Origin: Diplonema japonicum
Lineage: Eukaryota > Protista > Euglenozoa: Diplonemea
Assembly: GCA_964019335.1 (NCBI GenBank)
Contig: OZ025656.1
Coordinates: 124,001-188,000 of the forward strand
Reading direction: 5' to 3'
DNA: 64,000 nt
How positions within the stretch are numbered: the first letter of the stretch is position 1; every line of letters begins with the position of its first letter. The notes beneath the pieces are model-generated. The model ran no database searches and had not been told where the DNA came from. It saw only the letters and a program-made list of their open reading frames with translations. The translations under genes and the position numbers were made by a program. This document shows positions 36,906 through 48,258 of the stretch, piece by piece.

Positions 36906-37047
36906 AACTGTGTTGACATTGATAGAGGAACTTTCCCATATTCGAACTGGGGCAACCTGCAGAGGCACCCCTGACGTGCGAGAATTAGTTGTTGTTTTGA
37001 TTGCGCGACATACTCATTACAATGACACTTCAGGAGGGTGGGGGAAG

Positions 37048-38687
37048 ATGTTCCGATTAGCGGAGCGAGCGGTGGCACGGTGCCTGACAGGGCAAGCGAG
37101 GTGGAAGGGGAAGACCCCCATGCATATGCAACGGGACAGGAAAAAAGCTCGCACCACATCCGTGCTGAAGCACCACGCACAGAAGATCCAACAAGGTATC
37201 AGCGATGAGATCGCGAGAGAAATCGAAGAAGAAGAGGCACTGGCGCTCTTGCAGGAAAAGGTACCACTGATGAAGAACACAAACGACGTACTGGAGAACG
37301 ACGGCAGAAGTGAACCAGACGCTCCAAGCGACCTTGACTCAATGACAGACAGCCCAGTGATGCACTACGTCATCGCAAAGAAAACCTGCGAGAGGTCAAA
37401 ACACTCAATTCTCATGGAAAACGAGCTTATGCTGTCCGCCTCAAAGCCCCCTTCCATGGGCGAGGACCCCTACGTGCAGATACGATCGTCTTCAGGAAAT
37501 GCTATCCTAGGATACGGTCTGTGGAAGGGTGGGAAGAAGAGAGTATACGTTGTGACATGGCTCCACGCGCGTAGGGGGAACATGCCCCTTCACAAGAAAA
37601 ACGAAAAAAATTTCAAAACAATCGGGATTGGAAGGCAGTTCTGGTTTCATAAGTTCTACAAGGCACTAGAGTTCAGGCAAGCAATGGTGGACTTCGAAGG
37701 GACAGAATGCTTCACATTCATCAATGGCGATGGGGACGGGTGCCCAGGACTGGTGGTAGACTTGTACTCCAACGCTGCTGCAGTAACCATAACCGACACT
37801 GTGGCCTTGTCTTATCTAAAGTACCTTCTTGAATATCTACAAACACGCACACCAACGACTGTTATCCACATCACGTCTTCCAGCACGAAGGTTGCATTGT
37901 CCAGCACTTTTTCAGGGTACTACCCGAAGGTCCCACAGAGTGGTTCGATACGAGTTGTAATGGAGAATGGGTTGCTGTTGACCGTCCCTTTGGAAGACCG
38001 GACACGGCTGTTGAAACCGGCAAAGGCAACCTTCAGAGACGCAGTCATGCGGCATGCTGCAGGGAAACGGATGGCAATTCTTGGAGATGTTACAGGGTCT
38101 TGTGTAGCATATGCTTTGAAGGGTGGGTGTGTTAAGGTGTTAAATGTAAACGAGACCGATGATCCAAGCAACCTTGCACCTAACAATGTGAAGCGGAATT
38201 TCTATGAAGATGAAGCGACGCATGTTAAGAGCCCTCACAAGGGGATGAAACTGCACTTCCCAGAGCTTACTACAAACGTGAAAAATTTGAAAAAAACGTT
38301 TGCAATGTTTGGAGCTGATGTGGAACAGGGCGCATTCGACTGCATGGCGTTCGACCTTAGCAGTAACAACCCCCGGTTTGATGATAAGAAATGGGTTGAA
38401 CACATTCTGATGAGGTGTACAGTGAAGCTCAACTACAAAACACATCAAGGGGGGACCCTTATGATTATTTCGGTATGAGAAGGGAAGGGAGGGGGGAAAT
38501 AATAATAAACCAATACTAGAACTTTTCTCAAGAAGAGGTTCAGAGCATGCTCCGCAACGTGGCGGAGAACACAAACCTTGAGATACGATTGGTAGAGCCG
38601 CTTTTCCCTGCGGCTACAAATCAACGGAACATCCTCTCGATTGCAAGACCCGTCTTCGGGGGATGGGTTGTTAATGTCAGAGCGTAA
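37048..38687 (+). CDS. RlmI-like rRNA methyltransferase homologue, probably mitochondrial, with degenerate motifs; 2 exons
   Basis: INGDGDGCPGLVVDLY, VMENGL and ALKGGCVKVLNV align with the RlmI architecture. Presequence MFRLAERAVARCL. Intron 38473-38519 opens a 55-codon last exon. Confidence 0.7.
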
Positions 38688-38831
38688 GGAGGAGGGAAGG
38701 GTGTGATCAGATCGGATAGTTTTTTTTTTTTTTTTTGTTGTTATTCCTAATAAAAGAAATTTAAGAAAAAAAGAAAGAAAAAAAAAAGGAGATCCCTTCT
38801 TATTCTCCTCCTTTATTTACACGCAAAAAAA

Positions 38832-39011
38832 ATGCCGCTCCTCGATCTTACAGTTGGCAAAGACGGTACAGTTTCCTACGGCGGTGGAGGTGGAGGTGGT
38901 GGGAAACCTTCGGCACCATCGAGTAACAAAACTACATCTGAACCCAAACACGGTGCCGGGCACATGACACACATACCTTCAATGTACTCGATGGGCATGA
39001 GTCTAGACTGA
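38832..39011 (+). CDS. Putative 59-aa microprotein (MPLLDLTVGKDGTVSYGGGGGGGGKPSAP...MGMSLD)
   Basis: An ATG-to-TGA ORF spans a homopolymer-free island flanked by poly-A tracts. It falls below the ORF-track length cutoff. Confidence 0.55.
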   Translation: MPLLDLTVGKDGTVSYGGGGGGGGKPSAPSSNKTTSEPKHGAGHMTHIPSMYSMGMSLD

Positions 39012-39119
39012 ATAACAACAAAAAAAAAAAGGCAACCTACATTTTTTACCCCCCCCCCCTCATCCTTCCAACCCGCTCCACCCCATGACAGGATACACTC
39101 ATCGTCTTTAAAAAAAAAA

Positions 39120-40463
39120 ATGATGCCCGCTACCGGATGGCCTGTGCAAGGATACCCATGCCAGTACAAGCACCCTTCAATGCAGAAGCATGCGTACCCC
39201 GTGGCGGATAAGTACCCCGTGAATGGGTACCACCAGGGACAGGGGAATGCCCCGCAGGGATTCTCAAGGTACCAAGGAGGCAGCAAGCAGGTAGTAATGA
39301 TCGGGAAGTGGCTGAAGGGACCAGACGGCGAAAGCGTCATGATGCCCGACGAGGTGAAGGTGAAGGATCCTGCAGTGAGGGGTAACGTTCTGTATGACGT
39401 GCCTTCGGACAAAGTGGAGACAACATACGGGTTGTGGGAGTACCTTGACGGGCAGGCGAAGGGCGGCGTACACCGCACACAATGCCACAGGGCCACGTTG
39501 TGCAAGCTTTTCTTAGAAGGCCGCTGCGGACAGGGTTCCAAGTGCAAGAGCTTCCACATCGATGCAGGTTTCGTTCACTCGAAACGCAAGGAGTGCAATG
39601 TGGAGTTCGACGAGTCGTTCCTCACAGAGGTCGCAGTCGAGACCTTCGACGGCACCATCGCTGCAGTCCGTTACAAGTCCATCGGAAGGACAAAGGGTCT
39701 CGATGCCTACAAAACAGCACTACCCAACATGAAGGTAGTTACCCCAGCTAAGCTTTGCTACAACTACTGCACACACATGGTCTGCGACAAGGACCGTGCT
39801 TGCGATATGATTCACGTCAAACCACTTGACCTAAAGGAAAGCATCAGACGAACACCATGTTGCTACAGCCACGGCGACCTTGCCATGGCTAGCATTGGAA
39901 GATGCTTAGATGAAGTAGTTGAGGTGAAGAAAGGAAATGGCACAGGAAGCTGGGTTCTTCCGTTGTACTCCATTGCAATGACTGCAGGGGGTACGAAGAG
40001 GCTTCGTGGAGCGATGACGGTTGCTGATATTTGCAGTATGCATGTGAAGTCAAGGTGTAAGTTTGGAAGGGGTTGTGACAGAGTGCATGTTTGCAGAGCA
40101 TGGGCGTTCAATGTGGGATTGTCCGCATTGTTGGCAAGCAGACCAGCGCCGCCAAGCGGGAAGTTTTCGCAAGGTGGGACTCCTGTGTCGTCTTATTTGT
40201 CTACGCCCCAGACTGGTAACTTGTCGCCTGGTAATTTGTCCATTAAGAGTCACCCTCCTTCGCCTTCTGCGTATTCTCTGCTGAGTAGCGAGAATGACAC
40301 TTATCAGGAACCCCCACTCACGAATACTTCCTTTTCTTCCTCGTCAAGGAGGCTTTCTGCGTTTCCTACTTTCACTGAGGAGGCTGAGGACTCCCAGTCC
40401 TCAGCAGATGTAGTCCCTGACCTCAATGATGCACTGTTCCTCCAACTCATCGGTGAGGAGTAG
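39120..40463 (+). CDS. Multi-CCCH zinc-finger RNA-binding protein (euglenozoan ZC3H-like)
   Basis: CKLFLEGRCGQGSKCKSFH, CYNYCTHMVCDKDRACDMIH, PCCYSHGD and CSMHVKSRCKFGRGCDRVH, with a Ser/Pro-rich tail. Confidence 0.85.
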   Translation: MMPATGWPVQGYPCQYKHPSMQKHAYPVADKYPVNGYHQGQGNAPQGFSRYQGGSKQVVMIGKWLKGPDGESVMMPDEVKVKDPAVRGNVLYDVPSDKVETTYGLWEYLDGQAKGGVHRTQCHRATLCKLFLEGRCGQGSKCKSFHIDAGFVHSKRKECNVEFDESFLTEVAVETFDGTIAAVRYKSIGRTKGLDAYKTALPNMKVVTPAKLCYNYCTHMVCDKDRACDMIHVKPLDLKESIRRTPCCYSHGDLAMASIGRCLDEVVEVKKGNGTGSWVLPLYSIAMTAGGTKRLRGAMTVADICSMHVKSRCKFGRGCDRVHVCRAWAFNVGLSALLASRPAPPSGKFSQGGTPVSSYLSTPQTGNLSPGNLSIKSHPPSPSAYSLLSSENDTYQEPPLTNTSFSSSSRRLSAFPTFTEEAEDSQSSADVVPDLNDALFLQLIGEE

Positions 40464-40705
40464 AGACGGGAGGATAGTTTTTACACGTTTTTTTTTTTTT
40501 TTTTTTTTTTTTTAAACCTCCGTCCCCTTATTTTTTTTTTTTTTTTTTTTTTTCCACTTCTAAAAAAAAAAAAAATATATGCCGAACGAAAAAAAAAAGC
40601 GAAGAAAAAAAAAAAAGAAAAGAAAAAGAAAGAAATTCACACGCACACACAAACAAATCGTGGACCTTTGCATCTGCTTTTTTTTTTTTTTTTTTTTTGT
40701 GCATC

Positions 40706-40742
<37 letters not shown>

Positions 40743-42522
40743 GGAGAAAGAAAAAAAAAGAAAAAGAAAAAGCCCTTTGTGAGATTTACCGTTCCTCCCC
40801 TCCATTTATTTTGTGCCAGGCTGATAATGCCTTTTTTTTTTCCTTCCTCATCCGCCTATTGATTTATTTTTTCTTTCTTCCCTTTTTTTTTCTCTTCCCC
40901 CTTTGCCCTGCTTGACTCCATCTTCATGAGCTAGCAGTTATTTCTTTTTTCTTTTTTTTTTTTTGCTATAAAAAATCCCTTCGATTTTCTTCCCCCCTAT
41001 AATTTTTTTTCTCTTTAACACACCAAAAAAGAAAAAGAAAAAAACCAACCTTCGTTCATGTGTTGATTTCTTTCTCTCTCTTTTTTTTTTCTTCAGAGGG
41101 AACTATCTAAAGAGCTAACCTTGCAGCAAACTTCCCCTCTCCCCCCTTTTTTTTGTAACAGGTTCCGTTTTTTTTCCTCGTCCACTTTCTCTTCTTTTAA
41201 GAGTGCTTTATTGCAAAATATATTTTCTTTTTTTTGTGGGGGGTGGGAAGGTACTTTAATTATATTTTTTTTTTTTTACCTTCGTTACTTCTTATCTTCC
41301 TCCCTGCTTTTGTCAAAAAAAGTAATGAAGTTTTGGGGGGGACAACAAAAAAAAAAAAGTTTGAAAACAACGTGCAAGGAGGGAGGGAAAGAACAATGGG
41401 GGGGAAAAAAAAGAAAAAAAAAACCAGGGGAAAATAATTTTCAAACAATGAGAATACATATAAATAACAAATAAAAAAAAAAGAAGTAATGAAGCAGAAA
41501 CTTAAGATGCTTCTTTCCTCATTGTGTTGTATCTTCTGTAGGTTTTTCTTCTTCTTTTTTTTCTTCTTCTTTTTTTTCTTCTTCGTTCTTTCTCCCCCCT
41601 CCAAAAAAAAAAGGGGGAAGGGAGAAGGGGGGGAAAAAGAAAGTGAACTCCTTGAGTATTTCCAGCCTCCAAAAAAAAAAAAGAGAAAAAAGAAAAAAAA
41701 AGCCCCTTATTGTTGCGATTGTCTTTCTTTTCTTCTTCTTTTCCTCCCACTCCCTTTCCCCCCCTTCCCTTGAAGTAAACGTGGTAGAACTTGTGTGCTT
41801 GGTTTTGTGCCAGTGCATTTTATTTTTTTTACCTGTGATGCCCTCTCTCCCCCCCCCCCCCCCCCCCCTCTGGTTTTACTCCGCAAGAAAAAAAAATTGA
41901 TATTTTTTGTGAAATAAAAAAAAAAGATTTTTTTATCTCTTTTTCTCTCTCTCACTCACGTGTCCCTCTCCTGCTTTTTTTTCTTTTTTTTTTCTTTTCT
42001 TTTTTTTTTCCCCTTCCCTCTACGTTAAATTTAAAAAAAATCCTTCCCCTCCGCCACTGGCGACAAATAGCTGGTCTCTTTTTTTTGGGGGGGGAGCAAT
42101 GCCATTTTAGCAGCACTGGGCGGTCTCAGAATGCTCATTTTAGTCAAGTTGTTAGATAACATTTGCTTTTTTTTTTTTTTTTTTTTTTTTTTTTTCAAAG
42201 TTCGTAGGGCCCTTCTTCCCTTTTGTCTTCAGCAATGAAGATGTGCAGTGCAGGGAATCCTTCCTGTGGCACCCTCTACCTTATCCTTGCTATGTTTTTC
42301 TTTTGCTTAGAATATAAAACATAGTCTCTTGGGGGGTATTTTGCTTATCTTTAGTAAGTACCCAGACCTCAACTGAGTGTCATAGGGGAGAGGGGAGGGG
42401 GCTTTATTAAAAGTTAGGAACTTTAAAAAAAAGAAGAAAAAAAGAAGAAAAAATAAAATAAAAGGGTGTTGTGTGTGGCGTGGCGCGATCCACGAGTGAG
42501 CTCAAATTGCCCTTTTTTTTTG

Positions 42523-42563
<41 letters not shown>

Positions 42564-43129
42564 ATTGAGGGTTAAAATCCCGTTACACTTTTTTCTCCAC
42601 ATTTTTTTTCTCTCCCCTCATTTTTTATTTTTATTTTTATTCTATAAGTATTTTTATTTTTGAGCTTTTTTTTTTTCGTCCCATTTTTTTCCTCGCTTTT
42701 TTTTTTTTACTTCTCTATTTTTTTTGGGGGGGGTTTTTTCCCTGTGAAAAAAAAAACAAAAAGAGGTGTAAAAAAAAAAAGAAAGAAAGAAATTGAGGAA
42801 CATTACTTTTCTTTTTTTTTGTGTGATATAGAAGGAGAAGAGAAAGGAGAATAAAAATGAAATAAAAAAAAAAAAACAAAGGGGAAAAAAAAGGTATTGG
42901 GTAAGGGATGAACAAAAAAAATGCAGAAGTTGACGATAAAGAGAAGGCCTTTACACCAGAATGAAACAAAAAAAAAACTAATTTTTTAACAGGTACTGTT
43001 CTTTTCCTGATTCTCCTTTCCCCCGTTTTACTTTCCCCCTCTCCCCCTTTTTTTTTGGGTTGAGTCGCTAGCGCGGTTCCCCCACAGTGAATTTTTTTAT
43101 TCTCCGAAAAAAAAAAATTGAACTCTGCT

Positions 43130-43168
<39 letters not shown>

Positions 43169-44796
43169 TCTTTGTAATATATATTTAGGGGTAGTACGGC
43201 AGACGAAGGAAAAAAGAAAAGAACGGTGGTAACAACAAAAAAGGTTAGTGAGCCCTATTCCCACATTTTCTTCAGGAAAAAAAAAGAAGCGGAGGGGGGA
43301 AGAGAAAAAGGGAAAAAAAAAAAAAAGAATGGAAAAAACAAAGAAGAAAAAAAACTAGCCTTTTTTTTTCTCTTCTTCCTCCCTTCCTCTACCTGTGTCT
43401 TATTGATCCATTCCTCCCACTCTGCTCGGGGTTGCCCTCTTTTTTTTTTTCGAAAACCTTCTTAATAAGAGGGTGAACAAAACAACCCAAATACGTTCTT
43501 CCCCCCCCCCCCCCCCCCCATCCCCTTTTTTCTTTAAAGTCCGGTCAACGTGGGGGTTCACAAGGGGGGGGGGGGGGGTGCCCATCTGTTTCTCTCCCTC
43601 CCCATTCTTTCTCCCCTTTAAAAACTTACCCTCCTTGCGCTGTAGTCCAAAGGTTCAAAGAAAAAAAAGAAAAAAAAAGGCAATGAGACTGCTGTGCATG
43701 GGGGTTAAAATTGGGAAACGAAAAAAAAAGAGGAGGGGAAAAAAAAAAGAGAAATAAAAAAAAAGAAAACAGTAAAGATTAGGTGTAAAGAGAGAGCATT
43801 TTTTTTTCTCGTCCATGAAAAAAAAAAAGAAGGGGGCTCAAGAGTCGTCACCTCCCTTTTTCTTTTTATTCTCTTTTTTTTTTTTCCTTTTGAACTTATG
43901 AGGCGGAAAAAAATCTCTCTTTACCCTTACATAATCCCCTTCCTGCTAAGAGAAGGGAAAACAAAAAAGAAAAAATATAGCCATTGAAATACTGTTATTT
44001 TATATCTCTTTTTTTTTTCTCCTTCTTTTTTTTCCCCGCCCGCTTTTCTTCTTTTCCCTCCTTCCCCCCCTTTTTTTTCCTTTCTTTCTTTTCCTTTATG
44101 TTGTCAAACGTTACCTTTTATTTTTTTTTATTTTTTTATTTTTATCGAAAAAAAAAAAAAGAGAATAGAACCGAATTTTTATTAAAATCTTTGAAGAAAC
44201 TCGCTCCTTTCTTTTTTTTTTTATATACTTTTATGATGGTCTGCTTTAAAAAAAAAAGAAAATTACACGAGAAATAAAATTTAAAAAAAAAAAGAAGAAG
44301 AGAAAAAAAAAAAAAGAAAAAAAAAAAAAAAAAAAACGAAAGTTTCCTCAGGTGGGACTTTTGCTCTCCTTTGCATACCTATTTTAAATGTTGATCAAAT
44401 CTCTTTCTTCAAAATAAAAGCGGGAAGATATTTTTTTTCAACTTTTTCTTTCTTAATTATGAGGCTGACTTACCCCACCATTATGTGCAGAGGAGAGCGT
44501 TGCTCTTCTATGAAATAAAAAAAAAAAAAAAAGAAAAAAACCATTTTTTTTAAAGAAAAAAATTGAGGAGCCTTCCCACCCGCCCCTACCGCCCCTGCTT
44601 GTTGCCTATCTACTGTACTTTTTCAAACGCAAGAAGAAGAAAAAGAAGAGGGGGAAAAAATCTCGCAAAAGAAAAAAGAGAAAAAAAAAAAAAAAAAAAA
44701 AAAAAACACAAAAGAAATGCGATGGCTTTTCTTCTTTTTTTTATTTCCCCCCCAACTTTCGCTTTAGGCCCTCCTGCCCACGATTTTCTTTATTTT

Positions 44797-44835
<39 letters not shown>

Positions 44836-45696
44836 TGGTGGCACTTCCCATCATTGTAGTGATTTTTTTTTTGGCGGGCCGTTGCTAACCACTTCGTTCC
44901 TATCATAGTGAATTTTTTTTTTTTTTATTGTTGCCACGTCTTCCGCAAGCCTTCACGCAGTTTCACTTTTTTTTTTTTTTTTTTTTTTAACCTTATTATT
45001 TAGATGTTATTAAAAAACCTGTTTAAAAAAAAAAAAAATGTCTTGAATATTAATATTCCCCACACCCCCCTGGTTTTTCTTGAATGGGTTTTTTTTAGAA
45101 TTCTTGTTCTCTATTTTTTTTTTTCTTCTTTTTTTTTTTGCATTTTTTAAAAAGTGCAAAAAGCCCAACCCATTCTCCATTTTTTTCTTTTTTTTCTCTT
45201 TTGCATTGTTTATACAGTCTTTCTTTTCTTCTTGGATAATTTCACGCAATATTTTCCTATGGGCCATTTTTTCTAATGGACAGGAGGAAGGCTCGGTTTC
45301 CCCCCCCCTTTTTTTTTCTTCTTTCTTTTTCTTCCCATTTGCTTTGTTTCAATAAATCGTACGACGTAGATAGTTCCCCCTCCCTGCCCCCTTTTTTTTC
45401 CCTCTTTTTTCTTTTTTGAAAAAATTTAAAAAAAAAAAAAAAAACATAAGTGAAGTGCATGGTATGTTTGTTCTTTTGTTCTTCCCCCAGGTGGGCTGTT
45501 GCACTTCCTCCCATAACAGTGATTTTTTTTATTTTCTCCCTCCCTTTTTTTTTTCCTTTTTTTTTTTCCTTCCTTCCTTTTTTTTTTCATTCCCCCCCCC
45601 TTCCCCACCTCTTCTTTTTTTTCTTCTTTTTTCTCTTTTTTCTATCATAAGCCTTTACCAAAGGCAAGGGAGCGGAGGGGAGAGCGAGGGGGGAAA
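40464..45696. other. 5.2-kb gene-free low-complexity tract (poly-A/T/G/C runs); candidate long 3' UTR
   Basis: All ORFs here are poly-F/K artefacts. Short complex islands are interspersed. Confidence 0.7.
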
Positions 45697-47631
45697 ATGC
45701 TCAATGATGCCGATGCAGATTTAATATTCGAAGTTGGCGGTAAACAAATAAAATGCCACAAGAACGTACTGGCAGAGCGATCACAGTACCTGGCGCAATA
45801 TCTGGAAGCGAACAAAGGGAGTACAAAAATAAATATCTCGAACGTGCCTTACGAGGCGTGCTCCACCGTCCTCGAGTGGATGCACAGTTCCCTGCCCGTG
45901 AGCTCCGTTCTGTCGGCCAAAAACAACACAGTTGGAAAGGTTCAAAAAATCTGGGAACTCGGACTCCGCTTTGCCATCCCCGAGGTGGTGCAGTTCTGCA
46001 GCACGTGGCTAGCAGAACGTTTGGAATGTGAAAACATCTGTGTCTTCATCACCATCATGCACAGGTACACGGGGCTGCCTGCAGCGGTCGAGGGGCTGGC
46101 AAACGATTTTAAAAAACGGTGTTTTGAATATCTGAAAGCGAACATCTCTGAGGTGCAGAAGACGCCCTCCTACTTCGCCATGATAAAAGTATCGCAGAGC
46201 ATCAAGCAGGAGGTGGAGAAAATGCTTGCTGCCCCATCAGGGCCTGCTATGACCCCACCGCCACCTACTGTCCGACAGCCGACTCAGCCTAAACAACCTC
46301 AACCTCAACCTCAACCTCAAGCTCAGCCACAACCACAACCCCAGCCAAAGCGCACACCTTCGAAGGGCACAGCTGCGTTGCTCTCCAAACTGAAGGAGCA
46401 GCCCTCGCAGCCCCTTCCTCCCAGCATCACACAGACACCTCCCAGGAGTACCGCTGCTGAGATCGACGAGCCTGTGTATGAAGGCTCGCGGGAGATGAAC
46501 CTTCCTGTGTTCAAGCCCACCGGGCGCGACGTGCCTGCACCCTCTACCACGTCGGAGAGCAGGAACTTCAGCTTCGACAGGGACAGGTCGCTGACCCCAC
46601 AGCCCCCTGTTGCCAGCGTCGCAGCCGACAGCACTGTGGCCCTCTTCGTCGAGGACTGTGCTGAGCCCCTCCAGAAGAGCTCCCGACTTGCCACCTGCGC
46701 CGAAGCACATGCACAGCGAAAACACCTGAAGTCTTTAATGGACGCTGTCGACGGTGGCTTCCTGGCCTCCTTCGTGCTGGAGGACGGGAAGGTGGACGGT
46801 CCTGGGTACGGGATCCCCCTGCGGTTCGCCACAGGCGCGTACCACGGGAAGTGCGCCATGCGTGTTGTAGTGGGGAAGGTGCCCCTCCCGCTGAGCTCGT
46901 CGTTGTCGCGACTGCCACCACTGTCCACACCACTGTCCACACCACCTGCGAAGGAGGGGAAGCGGTATGATACAGAGAAGGACACTGTCATCCTGAAGCA
47001 CTACAAACTGCAGCAAGAGGTGCGGGTGACGAGCCACGAGCTGGAGCTGTTCAAGAACGACTTCCTTGACTGGGAGACGTCCATGCAGGAGACGACACAG
47101 CTCCGCAATATTGAAGAGGGGAAGCTGCGGCAGAGGATCATGCAGCAGAAGCGGCAGCTGCTGAGCTCTGTCTACAGCGAGATGGAAGGGATGACAGACA
47201 CCGCAGGGAGCAAGGCTCAGGCTGAGAAGGAGGTGCTTAACCAGACAATTCAAGGCCTCCGGAGCAAAAGGGAAAGCCCTGCAGTGCTGGCTATCAAAGA
47301 GGAGATAAGACGTATAGAGGAGGAAACCAGGCAAGCCAACTCAGTGCGGGAGCTGATCGAAACGGAAATAGCTGAAAACCGGCAGTATGAAGAGTACTCG
47401 AAGAGCTACGTCTGTGCCGTGAAGCAGGCGGACCAAGAGCTGCGGTCTTTCCTCCCCACCAACCAAAGCCCCGAAGCTCTTCGTGAGCTCCTTAGCAATG
47501 TTACCTTCAAGAAGCACCACCATGAACGGGAAGCCGCTGCACTGCAGAAATCCACCACCTTGTTCAAGAAAAGAATCGCCCAGGAATGCAACCACATAAA
47601 GCATATCCGTGCCTTCCTCGATCAGAATTGA
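45697..47631 (+). CDS. BTB/POZ-domain protein with Pro/Gln linker and C-terminal coiled coil
   Basis: ADLIFEVGGKQIKCHKNVLAERSQY is a BTB start. A BACK-like helix, a PQ repeat and a coiled coil follow. Confidence 0.85.
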   Translation: MLNDADADLIFEVGGKQIKCHKNVLAERSQYLAQYLEANKGSTKINISNVPYEACSTVLEWMHSSLPVSSVLSAKNNTVGKVQKIWELGLRFAIPEVVQFCSTWLAERLECENICVFITIMHRYTGLPAAVEGLANDFKKRCFEYLKANISEVQKTPSYFAMIKVSQSIKQEVEKMLAAPSGPAMTPPPPTVRQPTQPKQPQPQPQPQAQPQPQPQPKRTPSKGTAALLSKLKEQPSQPLPPSITQTPPRSTAAEIDEPVYEGSREMNLPVFKPTGRDVPAPSTTSESRNFSFDRDRSLTPQPPVASVAADSTVALFVEDCAEPLQKSSRLATCAEAHAQRKHLKSLMDAVDGGFLASFVLEDGKVDGPGYGIPLRFATGAYHGKCAMRVVVGKVPLPLSSSLSRLPPLSTPLSTPPAKEGKRYDTEKDTVILKHYKLQQEVRVTSHELELFKNDFLDWETSMQETTQLRNIEEGKLRQRIMQQKRQLLSSVYSEMEGMTDTAGSKAQAEKEVLNQTIQGLRSKRESPAVLAIKEEIRRIEEETRQANSVRELIETEIAENRQYEEYSKSYVCAVKQADQELRSFLPTNQSPEALRELLSNVTFKKHHHEREAAALQKSTTLFKKRIAQECNHIKHIRAFLDQN

Positions 47632-47848
47632 TATTTGGACTTGCATTTCTCTAGATAGACTATTAGATTTTTTTTTTTTTGTTGTGTTTCTCTTTTTTAT
47701 TTTCCTCAAACAAACGAAAAAAAAAAAAACAAAAAAACATGGGGAAGGACAAAAGGGAAAAGTTACTTTTTTGTTTTTTTTTTTTACTTCCTCCTGTTTT
47801 TTTTTGTTTTCAAAAAAAAAAAAAAATAATAATAAGAAATTAAAAAAA

Positions 47849-48258
47849 ATGTCGATCTTAAGAGTTTCAGCCAGTGCACGCTTATATCGGAAATTGAGAA
47901 AGCTCGGAATGGAAGAGGCAGTATTAAGAGTATGAGATCAAAGAAAATAAAATTTATTTTTTGAAAGGACCTTGGTTGCACCGCGGAAGCGCCAGTGGTG
48001 ATGAGTGCAGGCTTCCAGGCAATCAGGAGGTTATCAGCTGCAAGGAGCACGGTAGGTGATGCAGTGCAATGCACACAGTCTATCACATATAACCGGTTTA
48101 AGCAGCAAGTTATAGAGGAATGTAAAATGCACCTCTTATCTGGCGATGCTAGCTTGGCGCCCACACCCACCATTCCTTCATCCCCCGCTCCCCCCGCCTC
48201 TGGGGGTGGTTCAACGACTCTACCTGTGACACCAAGCATAAAAGAAATAAATTCGTAA
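47849..48258 (+). CDS. Hypothetical 123-aa protein, possible mitochondrial presequence; 2 exons
   Basis: MSILRVSASARLYRKLRK... joins ORF 47995 in frame through a 38-nt GTATGA..GAAAG intron (47930-47967). It occupies a complex-sequence island. Confidence 0.6.

Noticed and set aside
38832-39130. Microprotein as a SelK-type selenoprotein (Gly-rich, ends in TGA)
   Set aside because: No TM helix, no GGU-type context and no convincing SECIS downstream.
40560-45724. Numerous ORFs on both strands rich in F/K/P/G
   Set aside because: They are translations of homopolymer tracts.
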